Below, one piece after another: positions 1-7,558 of a DNA stretch of 64,000 nucleotides. Numbering within the stretch: the first letter of the stretch is position 1; each line of letters begins with the position of its first letter. Origin of the DNA: a virus; IMG/VR virus record IMGVR_UViG_3300012347_000193, positions 32,001-96,000 of that record; one strand, 5' to 3'. Under the pieces are notes generated by a model. That model did no database searches and had not been told where the DNA came from. It was given only the letters and a program-made list of their open reading frames with translations. Made by a program: the position numbers and the translations under genes.

Positions 1-1
1 T

Positions 2-397
2 CAGATTAAGTTTAAGCCATTGAGCTTTAAACTAATCAACCATGCAAGTGTGCAGCAATTTCAGTTTCAAAAGTTCATGCAATCATTATCCGAACTTAAT
101 GAGGAAGACCGAAATGAAAAGAGCAAGAACATCTTACTTGATATCAATAAAATCGCAAATGAGTTGATTTCCGAAAGTATCGAGTACGTCAAAGTTCCCA
201 CTGCCACTGTTATGGAAAAAGAATTCATCATTGAATTCCTAGCAAACTGTGACAAGAATACGTATGAACGTATCAAGGAACACAACATCAAACTCAGAGA
301 AAGCACTGAGACTAAGCCTTTAGAAATCAAATGCCCAAGCTGTAGCAATGAATACAAGCAGGCTTTTAGTATCAACGTATCTGATTTTTTCGATTAA
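2..397 (+). CDS. T4 gp26-like baseplate hub subunit / tail assembly chaperone, 5'-truncated by the window edge
   Basis: The frame is open from base 2. C-terminal CPSC motif followed by ...INVSDFFD*, as in gp26-family C-termini. A gp51-like ORF follows immediately. Confidence 0.7.
   Translation, partial: QIKFKPLSFKLINHASVQQFQFQKFMQSLSELNEEDRNEKSKNILLDINKIANELISESIEYVKVPTATVMEKEFIIEFLANCDKNTYERIKEHNIKLRESTETKPLEIKCPSCSNEYKQAFSINVSDFFD
385..391 (+). other. Predicted -1 programmed ribosomal frameshift site T TTT TTC
   Basis: X XXY YYZ heptamer in the correct phase, one codon before the TAA. The -1 frame is open from 385 to 621 and is the frame of the gp51-like ORF. Confidence 0.7.
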
Positions 398-444
398 GGC
401 TTCTCACCCTTAACTCCGAGGGTGTTAGTAAGCTGATTGAACGA

Positions 445-621
445 ATGGAGAAAGAATGCACCAGCATAAAAAACGACTCACTAAAGATGGCGTGGTTTAT
501 GAGAGGTGGTATATCCTACACGGATATTTTAAACCTCTCAATCAATGAGAGAAAATCCATACACACAATCATTGAAGATAACTTAGAGACTACTAAGACA
601 AGTAAATTGCCGTTCTTCTAA
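445..621 (+). CDS. T4 gp51-like baseplate hub assembly protein (58 aa from the ATG; probably made as a frameshift fusion)
   Basis: Not in the ORF track. Translates as MEKECTSIKNDSLKMAWFMRGGISYTDILNLSINERKSIHTIIEDNLETTKTSKLPFF*; the SY..ILNL...ER pattern resembles gp51. No clear SD upstream. Confidence 0.7.
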   Translation: MEKECTSIKNDSLKMAWFMRGGISYTDILNLSINERKSIHTIIEDNLETTKTSKLPFF

Positions 622-699
622 TATCAGGCTACATACCCATAGAGATTCATTATACTAAGTTTACTGTATTCTTTATCTTAACTGATGAGCTTCGCTCAT

Positions 700-746
700 C
701 TTCCTTCACTTATTTCTTCGCTATCGCTCAGAAATTACGTTCGGAC
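700..746 (-). other. Primosome-assembly-site (n'-pas / ssi)-like ssDNA hairpin
   Basis: The minus strand reads GTCCGAACG-TAATTTCT-GAGCGATAGCGA-AGAAATA-AGTGAAGGAAG. This keeps the motif order of the ColE1/pBR322 pas (CCGAACG..GAGCGCAGCGA..AGTGAGCGAGGAAG), with an ATTTCT/AGAAAT stem and tandem GA pairs. Confidence 0.5.
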
Positions 747-804
747 ATTCTTTAACATATTTGTTTAAGGAAATCTTATACTGAACTTCTATCATATCTA
801 CGGA

Positions 805-1170
805 ATACATATTGCCGCTTTGAAGCCATGGTAGTGCTGTTCAAGCACTACCAATGGTAAAGGGATTTGCCATGCCCGTCATCCTTGCTATCTGTACCCG
901 TTCAATCAGCTTCTTTGTGCTATTGAACGCCACCGGTTCCCCTGTAAAGTTTTTGGTCTGTAGTTGAACTTACGCACGTATGTTTTAATGCTTGGGTCCA
1001 GAAACGCATGTTCTATATCATCAAGATAGAGTAGATATAGACTCATTGAAGGTTCGCTTTTGTCGATTGCCTTCTCGGTGTTCCTTATCATTACTGATAA
1101 GCATACTCCAGAATCTGACGGCTTGTAACTTTCAAAGCAATCTCAAGGAGGACTGTCAACACAGCCTGCG
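805..1170 (-). ncRNA. Large structured non-coding RNA of unknown family (~370 nt)
   Basis: At least 9 helices (forward coordinates): 817-824/1131-1138, 876-881/1116-1121, 882-887/1144-1149 (crossing, i.e. pseudoknot), 829-838/844-853, 899-906/922-929, 931-935/1076-1080, 1012-1019/1034-1041, 1048-1052/1070-1074, 1084-1090/1095-1101. A G-U pair in the 1151-1166 hairpin favours the minus strand. No credible CDS. Ends are approximate. Confidence 0.6.
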
Positions 1171-1189
1171 AATTTTTATTTTAATTAAG

Positions 1190-1723
1190 TTAGGTTGTTT
1201 GTTTTGACGTGGTGTCTGAGATGCTGTATTGTTTGACTAATGTAGTATTAGATTTGAAAAAGTTAGAATGTTCTACAATGATCCAGTTGCCCCACTTTTG
1301 GCTACGATACTGTACACAGTTATCAGTAATCCAATTGAGTTTCTCCTGAACTACAACGTATTGACCTTTGCGATTGAATTTCATAAAAAGTAAATTCAAA
1401 TCACCTTCGTCTTCTACATCAAGTAGTTGTTCTAACCACGAATCAAGTTGCTTACACTCACCCGAAAGAGTTAAGTGCCACGGAAAGTCAGCATAGAATT
1501 TGCATTCTATATTCATTTTAGAAAAACTTTGTCCTGGAACAATGTCTCCTTTGAATGAACGAATCTGACCTTCGTGCAAGAATTCGGTTCTTGCTTGATT
1601 CTTGCCACCCACATAAGCGCCGGATCCGGGAGCACGAATGAACGACTCTCCGTATGTTTCAGAGAGAAATTTTGCAACTTCTCTCTCGTAACCTGATCCT
1701 TTGTTTTTCTGTGGTGATGACAT
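1190..1723 (-). CDS. Holliday junction resolvase (PD-(D/E)XK, Hjc-like)
   Basis: KNKGSGYEREVAK...RAPGSGA...GDI...IECK motifs; lies next to gp46/gp47. Confidence 0.8.
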   Translation of the reverse strand: MSSPQKNKGSGYEREVAKFLSETYGESFIRAPGSGAYVGGKNQARTEFLHEGQIRSFKGDIVPGQSFSKMNIECKFYADFPWHLTLSGECKQLDSWLEQLLDVEDEGDLNLLFMKFNRKGQYVVVQEKLNWITDNCVQYRSQKWGNWIIVEHSNFFKSNTTLVKQYSISDTTSKQTT

Positions 1724-1736
1724 ATAAGTACTTATA
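1723..1736 (-). promoter_or_regulatory. Late-type promoter TATAAGTA inside a 14-bp perfect palindrome; leaderless start
   Basis: Palindrome TATAAGTACTTATA. The minus-strand TATAAGTA (1729-1736) lies 5 nt before the ATG, with no SD. Confidence 0.5.
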
Positions 1737-1756
1737 CTAAAGAACAGTGCCCAAAA

Positions 1757-3829
1757 TTATTCTATGTCTACCGCTGTGTTGTAGCTTGTAAACCCATTCT
1801 CTTTGATAACCTTAAGAACGTTAGGTACTCGGCCGGCTAGTTCTTCGCGGTGAGAAACAAGCCAAATTGACTTATTACGCTTACGTGACATGTCTTTTAG
1901 AATCGCAACACTGTTTTCAACACCCATTGTGTCTAAACCGCTGTCAATCAATTCGTCAATGAACAACGTGTTGATTGGTGAGTACAATGATTCCCATACA
2001 TCACGGAAAGCAAAACTCAAGCCTAGAATCAATCTATTACGTTCACCGCGCGACAAGTTATCAAAGTCAAGTTCACGACCCAACTCTGTAATTTCAACTT
2101 GCAAGTCGTTTTTAAACACAACTTGATGAGGCAACCCGATAGCGTCTAAGTAATGAGTCAATCGACCATTGAGATAACTCAAGTTCTGGTCAATAATCTT
2201 CTTACGAACGAAGCTGTCTTTGCTTGTTAGAATGTCAAGCAAGAACTTTTGATGCTCACCTATCTTTGTCAACTTGTTGATAGCTTCAAAATCGATTTCT
2301 TGTAATGCACCTGATTCCATTTCAGTGATTTGTTCACTGTATGGGTCAGTTTCATCGCCCTTCTTAGCAATAGCATCAAGCAAATTGTTAACAGTAGACC
2401 TGTGCTCAATGGCTTTTGTTTCAGTATCATAGTGAGTCTTTGGCTGCGGCCCTAGAGTAACTGCGGTATGACTTTTTAATTGCTCTGCATAAGGGTCAGA
2501 CTCTGCTTCTTTTTCAAGAATCTTAGTTCTGATATTTTCTAAATCACTACCGTGACGAATTGCTTCTGCTTCTGTTTTATAATGTGTCTTTGGTTTAACC
2601 TCTGCTACAAAAATCTCAACTTGACGTAACTCTTCCCATTGTTTCGTTAACGAGGTTGAGTGTACGGTAGCTTCAATCAACATTTGCTCTTTGTCTGCTA
2701 GAACCTGAGCATGTTGCTCGTCATGGAACTCTTGACCACACGCATAACACTTGTGGTCATTCAATGTAGCAATCTCTGCTGTAAGTTTTTTGATTAGCTT
2801 GTCTTCTTTGTCAATATCTTTAGTAAGACGAGCCAACTCTTTATCACGTGTAGCTAGTTCGGCAGTCTTTGTATTGTATTCTGCTAATGCACGATGGGCA
2901 AGAATTTCTTCAACGACATCAATCTTGCTTAGTTTGATAGTCTCGTTTTCTAAGAAAGTAATGTCCTTTGCTTGTTTTTGCTGCCAAGCAATTTGATGTG
3001 CAACTAGTGCATCATGTGTCTCTTGTTGCTTCTTTTGTGTATTCCAGATTACTAAATCTTTGTGCGCAAGCAACTCGGCTTCGATATCAATGTGAGACAA
3101 CTCATCATATTGGGTAGCAAGATAAGCTAGGTCGCTGTCATACTTTGCTTGCCAAAGATTTCGTCTACGCTTTAAGCTATCAATTTGTTCTTTGACCCGC
3201 TTGTTAGCTTCTTCAACTGCTTTAACTTTAAATTCTTCTTGTTGAATGTTGTCTTTGGTATCCTTCAACATGCCTTTGATAATCTCTGCTTTTTCTGAAA
3301 GCAAAGTGACACCCAATAGCTGTTCGATAATCTCACGTTGTTCGTTATTCTTCAGCGCAAGGAATGGTGTCGAATATGTGTTCAACACCACGATGTGTTT
3401 GAACATATCGCTTGACATATTCAATATCTTTTCGATTTGAGCCTGCGTTTCTTTGTTCTCACCCTGTGCATCATCTTGCTTCTGAAGGGTATTGTTAACA
3501 TAAAACTTTAATACGTTAGGCTTACGTCCGCGTTCGATTTTGTATTCAATGCCGTTGGCACTGAACTCAAGTGTTACCAACATAGCTTTACCGTTTGTGC
3601 GGTTTACTAAGTTATCTTTGCGAATATCATTAATGGGTACGCCGAACAACGCATAGCTAAGACCTTGAATCAACGTAGTCTTGCCCGTACCGTTACGAGC
3701 ACCATCACCACCTAAGTCTAAGTTCTCACCTAGAATTAGTGTTAAGTCTTGTTTGTTAAAGTCTACTGCTTGTGTTACTTGTCCGATTGATAGGAAGTTG
3801 CGTAATGTAATGTTCTTTAAAATAATCAT
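1757..3829 (-). CDS. Recombination endonuclease ATPase subunit, T4 gp46 / SbcC / Rad50-like
   Basis: Walker A NGTGKTT, CYAC zinc hook, LSRGE signature, FIDE Walker B and VSH H-loop, with long coiled coils. Confidence 0.95.
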   Translation of the reverse strand: MIILKNITLRNFLSIGQVTQAVDFNKQDLTLILGENLDLGGDGARNGTGKTTLIQGLSYALFGVPINDIRKDNLVNRTNGKAMLVTLEFSANGIEYKIERGRKPNVLKFYVNNTLQKQDDAQGENKETQAQIEKILNMSSDMFKHIVVLNTYSTPFLALKNNEQREIIEQLLGVTLLSEKAEIIKGMLKDTKDNIQQEEFKVKAVEEANKRVKEQIDSLKRRRNLWQAKYDSDLAYLATQYDELSHIDIEAELLAHKDLVIWNTQKKQQETHDALVAHQIAWQQKQAKDITFLENETIKLSKIDVVEEILAHRALAEYNTKTAELATRDKELARLTKDIDKEDKLIKKLTAEIATLNDHKCYACGQEFHDEQHAQVLADKEQMLIEATVHSTSLTKQWEELRQVEIFVAEVKPKTHYKTEAEAIRHGSDLENIRTKILEKEAESDPYAEQLKSHTAVTLGPQPKTHYDTETKAIEHRSTVNNLLDAIAKKGDETDPYSEQITEMESGALQEIDFEAINKLTKIGEHQKFLLDILTSKDSFVRKKIIDQNLSYLNGRLTHYLDAIGLPHQVVFKNDLQVEITELGRELDFDNLSRGERNRLILGLSFAFRDVWESLYSPINTLFIDELIDSGLDTMGVENSVAILKDMSRKRNKSIWLVSHREELAGRVPNVLKVIKENGFTSYNTAVDIE

Positions 3830-4839
3830 AGGTTGTTGTAAATCTCTAGCAAAATCTTTTTGTCGAATGTATTTGATTCAATACTGTTAATCTGGTCAAT
3901 GACAATCTGGTCAACTGACTCAAACTTTAAGCTACCTGAGCCTTCGACTTCAACGTGGTCTACCTTCATAGGGATAAGAGCCATTTCACGTAGTTTGTGT
4001 TCGGGTATCATAGTTTCACGTATAAAGTTTGCTTCTTCGTAGCTAATATCAATGTCAAGATGTACTCTAACATGACTGTCGGGCAATAGCAAGCCAGCTG
4101 GGTTTTCTAAAATATCAGATAGTTTGTAGACACGATATAAGGGTTGACCTGGCCAACTGCGAAACTCTGGGTCTTTGTCCCACTCTAAAATCATCATGCC
4201 ACGAGCATCATCGCCTGCGTCAGCATAGTTGTGAGGGAAAGCGTTACCAATGTACCAAACGTTTTTCTTTGCTTGACGTTTATGGAAGTGACCTGAGAAT
4301 ACCATTTCAAAACCCACTAAGTGTTCTGTATTGATTTCACCATGGTCTGGCATTTCTACCATAGCATTCATGTGAAAAGTGGGTAGCTCAAAATGCCCGA
4401 ACAAATACTTGCCCTTCATTGTTTTGAGTTTTTTATAATCTTCCTGTACGAGCCAGGGAGCAATAACTACGTTGCCCTCTGTATGAAAGTCATTAATGAT
4501 TTTAACATTCGGGAGGTGTTTCGCCCATTCCACAGAATGTATATCGCGGCGGTCACGATAGTACAAATCGTGATTGCCAGGGATAAAGTAGACAGTATCA
4601 AATGCAGCATTTAACTTCTCCAATGCTTGTAAGCCAAATTGTAATGTGTGAATGTTGATGCTTGCTCTGTGATGATTGAAATCACCTAGAAACAAACATG
4701 TCTCACAGTTTTCTTTCTTAGCCTCACTAATGAACCAATCTACGAAATTGGAACAGTCTTGGTTGTGAACTAAGCTGTTTGACTTTAAGCCAAAGTGAAT
4801 GTCCGTGAAAACGGCAGCTTTTTTAAATAGGTTACTCAT
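3826..4839 (-). CDS. Recombination endonuclease nuclease subunit, T4 gp47 / SbcD / Mre11-like
   Basis: Metallophosphoesterase motifs DIHFG, GD, GNHD, GHFH; overlaps the gp46 start (ATGA). Confidence 0.95.
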   Translation of the reverse strand: MSNLFKKAAVFTDIHFGLKSNSLVHNQDCSNFVDWFISEAKKENCETCLFLGDFNHHRASINIHTLQFGLQALEKLNAAFDTVYFIPGNHDLYYRDRRDIHSVEWAKHLPNVKIINDFHTEGNVVIAPWLVQEDYKKLKTMKGKYLFGHFELPTFHMNAMVEMPDHGEINTEHLVGFEMVFSGHFHKRQAKKNVWYIGNAFPHNYADAGDDARGMMILEWDKDPEFRSWPGQPLYRVYKLSDILENPAGLLLPDSHVRVHLDIDISYEEANFIRETMIPEHKLREMALIPMKVDHVEVEGSGSLKFESVDQIVIDQINSIESNTFDKKILLEIYNNL

Positions 4840-4846
4840 AAACGTT

Positions 4847-4883
4847 AGTATACAGGAAGAGGGGCTGCAAAAGCAACCCCTCT
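4847..4883 (-). promoter_or_regulatory. Sigma70-type promoter TTGCTT-N18-TATACT overlapping a GC-rich hairpin (terminator-like for the sigma gene)
   Basis: -35 at 4871-4876, -10 at 4847-4852, ATG 8 nt downstream. Stem AGAGGGGTTGC/GCAGCCCCTCT at 4858-4883. Confidence 0.55.
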
Positions 4884-4890
4884 GGTTAAA

Positions 4891-5790
4891 TTATTCTTCG
4901 TAAGTTGTGCTTGATGTGCCCTGGCGCGACCAGCTTGGGTTTAAGCCATTCATTTCTAAAATATCGTCACGAATGTTTTGGTTACGTTTTTCGGAATTTA
5001 GAACACGGCAGAAGCTGTTAGTGATAGCAGCCGTGTAGTATGCGAATGGATTAGCTGATTTGGCTTCGTTGAATCGTAGACCTACATATGTTAACTGTAG
5101 AATGGCTGAGTTGCGCATTTCATCGTTGTAAGTGTAGCCACGCCAATTGAACTTCATTGCGTATTTCTCACACATCATAATGTACATACGGGCAAGTTTG
5201 TTTGTAATCTGCCCATGATCCTTAGAGAACTCTCCGTTTTCTAATGAACCCTTCCAATGACTCTTCCCGATACAACGGGCAGTGTTTGTTTCGTCAAATC
5301 TAAAGTGCTGGAATGGCGGGAAATTAACTTTTACGTGGACCATGTCGTCAACTTCACCTTTGGTTGTGTGGTCTTCTAAATCAGCAAAAATCTCTTCACC
5401 GTCACCATCAAAGTCAAAAATATCTTTAGCAGTTTTTTTCTTGTCAGTTTTGCGCGGAGCCTTCGGCGCAACTGGAATATGGTCCCAAGTCATAACTCTA
5501 AACACTAAATCGGTGACAGGTATAGAATCTGGACTAACTGAGTCTTTCTCGCCTGCTTCTAAACTTAATCGAGTAGCTCTAGTTTCTTTTGCTTCTTGTA
5601 TTACTGCAGGACTTAGGGCATGTGCAAGGCTGTTTTCGATAGACTCTGTGGGCATGTCTACGATGAAGTCATATCTATGGTCAGTTGGTGTTAAAAATGA
5701 GCAATAATGCGTCTTGCTAGTGTGTATTTCTTTCAGAATATCTTTGTTGTTTAGATAGTTTACTGGTTTCTTGTGGGGTATTAGGGACAT
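4891..5790 (-). CDS. Late-transcription sigma factor, T4 gp55-like
   Basis: NYLNNKDILKEI, YTYNDEMRNSAI and NPFAYYT motifs; gp55-gp47-gp46 synteny. Confidence 0.9.
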   Translation of the reverse strand: MSLIPHKKPVNYLNNKDILKEIHTSKTHYCSFLTPTDHRYDFIVDMPTESIENSLAHALSPAVIQEAKETRATRLSLEAGEKDSVSPDSIPVTDLVFRVMTWDHIPVAPKAPRKTDKKKTAKDIFDFDGDGEEIFADLEDHTTKGEVDDMVHVKVNFPPFQHFRFDETNTARCIGKSHWKGSLENGEFSKDHGQITNKLARMYIMMCEKYAMKFNWRGYTYNDEMRNSAILQLTYVGLRFNEAKSANPFAYYTAAITNSFCRVLNSEKRNQNIRDDILEMNGLNPSWSRQGTSSTTYEE

Positions 5791-5815
5791 AGTTCTCCGT
5801 TATTATGTTATGAAG

Positions 5816-5844
5816 ATTATAACACTTTTGTATTCAAAATACAA
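5816..5844 (-). promoter_or_regulatory. Sigma70 promoter for the late sigma gene: TTGTAT-N17-TATAAT with extended -10
   Basis: -35 at 5839-5844, TGn-TATAAT at 5816-5821, GGAG SD before the ATG. An inverted repeat TTGTATT/AATACAA overlaps the -35. Confidence 0.7.
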
Positions 5845-5877
5845 CGTTTTACGGTAAAAATGGGTGTTTTTTTATGC

Positions 5878-5885
5878 GATAAATA
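5878..5885 (+). promoter_or_regulatory. T4-like late promoter GATAAATA
   Basis: The same octamer recurs before structural genes at 13234, 13721, 33073 and 33859; compare T4 TATAAATA. Confidence 0.75.
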
Positions 5886-5908
5886 TATTTAGTAAAGGTA
5901 TAATCACT

Positions 5909-7261
5909 ATGGCACTAGATACGGAATCGCTATTAACAGAAAAAGCTAGGCTTGAAAAACAAATTAAACAAGCTGAACTTGAAATCAGCTACAACGGTGG
6001 ACTCGCCCAACTAAGCACCATCAACCCTAACAGTCCTACTGCCACCTCATTACGTGATTCAAAGGCGAGACTTGATTCTTCTACTTCTTACCTAGACACA
6101 ATTAACGAAAAGTTAGCTGCCTCAGAAACAAGTAGTACAGCACAACAATCAACGACCACACAAGAAAATACCCCATTATCTGAGCCTAAAGTAGTCGATG
6201 TTACTTCACAGCCTCCGGTTGTTCCGGTAGAAGCCGGCACACCGGCTGAGAAAGCAACTCCCACTGAAGAAGATCCAATGGCTGCAGCCATCGCTGCAAA
6301 TCAAGCAACCAATGAAGAAGAAAGTCCAACTGAACAAAAAGTAATTGACTCATCATCGGATGCAAAAATGTCACAGGAAGAACAGGGGCAGTTACGTGAG
6401 TACCAAGAGACTCAACGTGCTAAACTAAAAGCAGAAGAATCTATTGTACCTCCTAAGGCTACCCCTACCATCGATGTAGTAGCAAGTAGACCTAAAGATT
6501 GGCGAGTTAGAATGAGTCTTGCACCGTCCGCTGATTATCTATATAACGTTGCAAAAGAAGGGGACCTTTTATTCCCATTGCAAAAAACTCGTGGGGTCAT
6601 CTTTCCCTATGTGCCTACGGTACAAACAGGTTATAGAGCAAACTACGAACCGGCTGATATCGCACACACTAACTATAAAAGTTATTTCTACAAAAACAGT
6701 AGCGTTGATGACGTGTCAGTAACTGCGGAATTTACAGCGCAGGATATCACCGAAGCAAGATATTTACTAGCAGTGATACATTTTTTCAAGTCTGTGACTA
6801 AAATGTTTTACGGGCAAGATAAAGCACCTGTAGCGGGAACTCCTCCTCCGCTAGTATATTTGAGCGGCTTTGGGTCATATCAATATGACAATCACCCAAT
6901 GGTCATAACATCATTCACCTACTCTCTTCCCAACGATGTAGACTACATTAGAACTGAATCAACTAGTATATATAAGTCATCTAGTGGTACTACAACAAGT
7001 AAAACTGGAAGTTCTAGTATATTAGATACTATAAAGTCACGCTTGGGAATATTAAAGAAGGGTGGTGGCACGAACTCAACTGTACCTGATTACTCATATC
7101 TTTCAAGCAGCGAAGTAACATACGTACCTACTAAACTTCAAATCACACTAACAGGTCATCCTATCGTTACTCGTAGAGAAATTAGTCAACAATTTAGTTT
7201 AGCAGAGTATGCAAAAGGAACACTGAATAAGGGTTCAACTAGAGGAAGCGGAATATGGTAA
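5909..7261 (+). CDS. Baseplate / tail-tube initiator-like protein (gp54/gp48 class) with a low-complexity N-terminal extension
   Basis: ATG 5909 follows an AAAGG SD and the late promoter. GVIFPYVP...FTAQ...GTPPPLVYL core; first gene of the baseplate operon. Confidence 0.55.
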   Translation: MALDTESLLTEKARLEKQIKQAELEISYNGGLAQLSTINPNSPTATSLRDSKARLDSSTSYLDTINEKLAASETSSTAQQSTTTQENTPLSEPKVVDVTSQPPVVPVEAGTPAEKATPTEEDPMAAAIAANQATNEEESPTEQKVIDSSSDAKMSQEEQGQLREYQETQRAKLKAEESIVPPKATPTIDVVASRPKDWRVRMSLAPSADYLYNVAKEGDLLFPLQKTRGVIFPYVPTVQTGYRANYEPADIAHTNYKSYFYKNSSVDDVSVTAEFTAQDITEARYLLAVIHFFKSVTKMFYGQDKAPVAGTPPPLVYLSGFGSYQYDNHPMVITSFTYSLPNDVDYIRTESTSIYKSSSGTTTSKTGSSSILDTIKSRLGILKKGGGTNSTVPDYSYLSSSEVTYVPTKLQITLTGHPIVTRREISQQFSLAEYAKGTLNKGSTRGSGIW

Positions 7262-7557
7262 CTTATCCACAATCAAGCCCTTACGGGACTACGCAGGTCT
7301 ATAACAACAGTTTCTTAGACTTAATGAACAACAGACCTATACCACCTAACCTAGATGATACTGTTTGGGAAATAACTCAAACGTATCACCTCCGTCCGGA
7401 CCTATTAGCATATGATTTGTATGACGATAGTAGACTTTGGTGGGTGTTTGCACAGCGTAATCCAAACAAGATTCAAGACCCGTTGTTTGACTTTGTTGCC
7501 GGCACGACTATATTCATTCCGCAGATTCAAACTTTAAAAGATAGTTTAGGAATATAA
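7255..7557 (+). CDS. Baseplate wedge subunit, gp53-like (LysM-type)
   Basis: RPDLLAYDLYDDSRLWWVFA motif. Confidence 0.8.
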   Translation: MVTYPQSSPYGTTQVYNNSFLDLMNNRPIPPNLDDTVWEITQTYHLRPDLLAYDLYDDSRLWWVFAQRNPNKIQDPLFDFVAGTTIFIPQIQTLKDSLGI

Positions 7558-7558
7558 C

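Noticed and set aside
682-700. CTGATGAG suggesting a hammerhead ribozyme core
   Set aside because: There is no GAAA after stem II; the sequence instead closes a simple hairpin GATGAGC-TTC-GCTCATC.
805-1170. Group I/II intron or RNase P identity for the structured element
   Set aside because: I found no convincing P7 (R/S) pair, domain V or RNase P P4 signature, and the element does not interrupt a gene.
906-1207. Track ORFs 906-1091 (-) and 992-1207 (+)
   Set aside because: Short, no SD, atypical composition, and they overlap the base-paired element.
5864-5908. Track start at GTG 5864
   Set aside because: It lies upstream of the late promoter; ATG 5909 has the SD.
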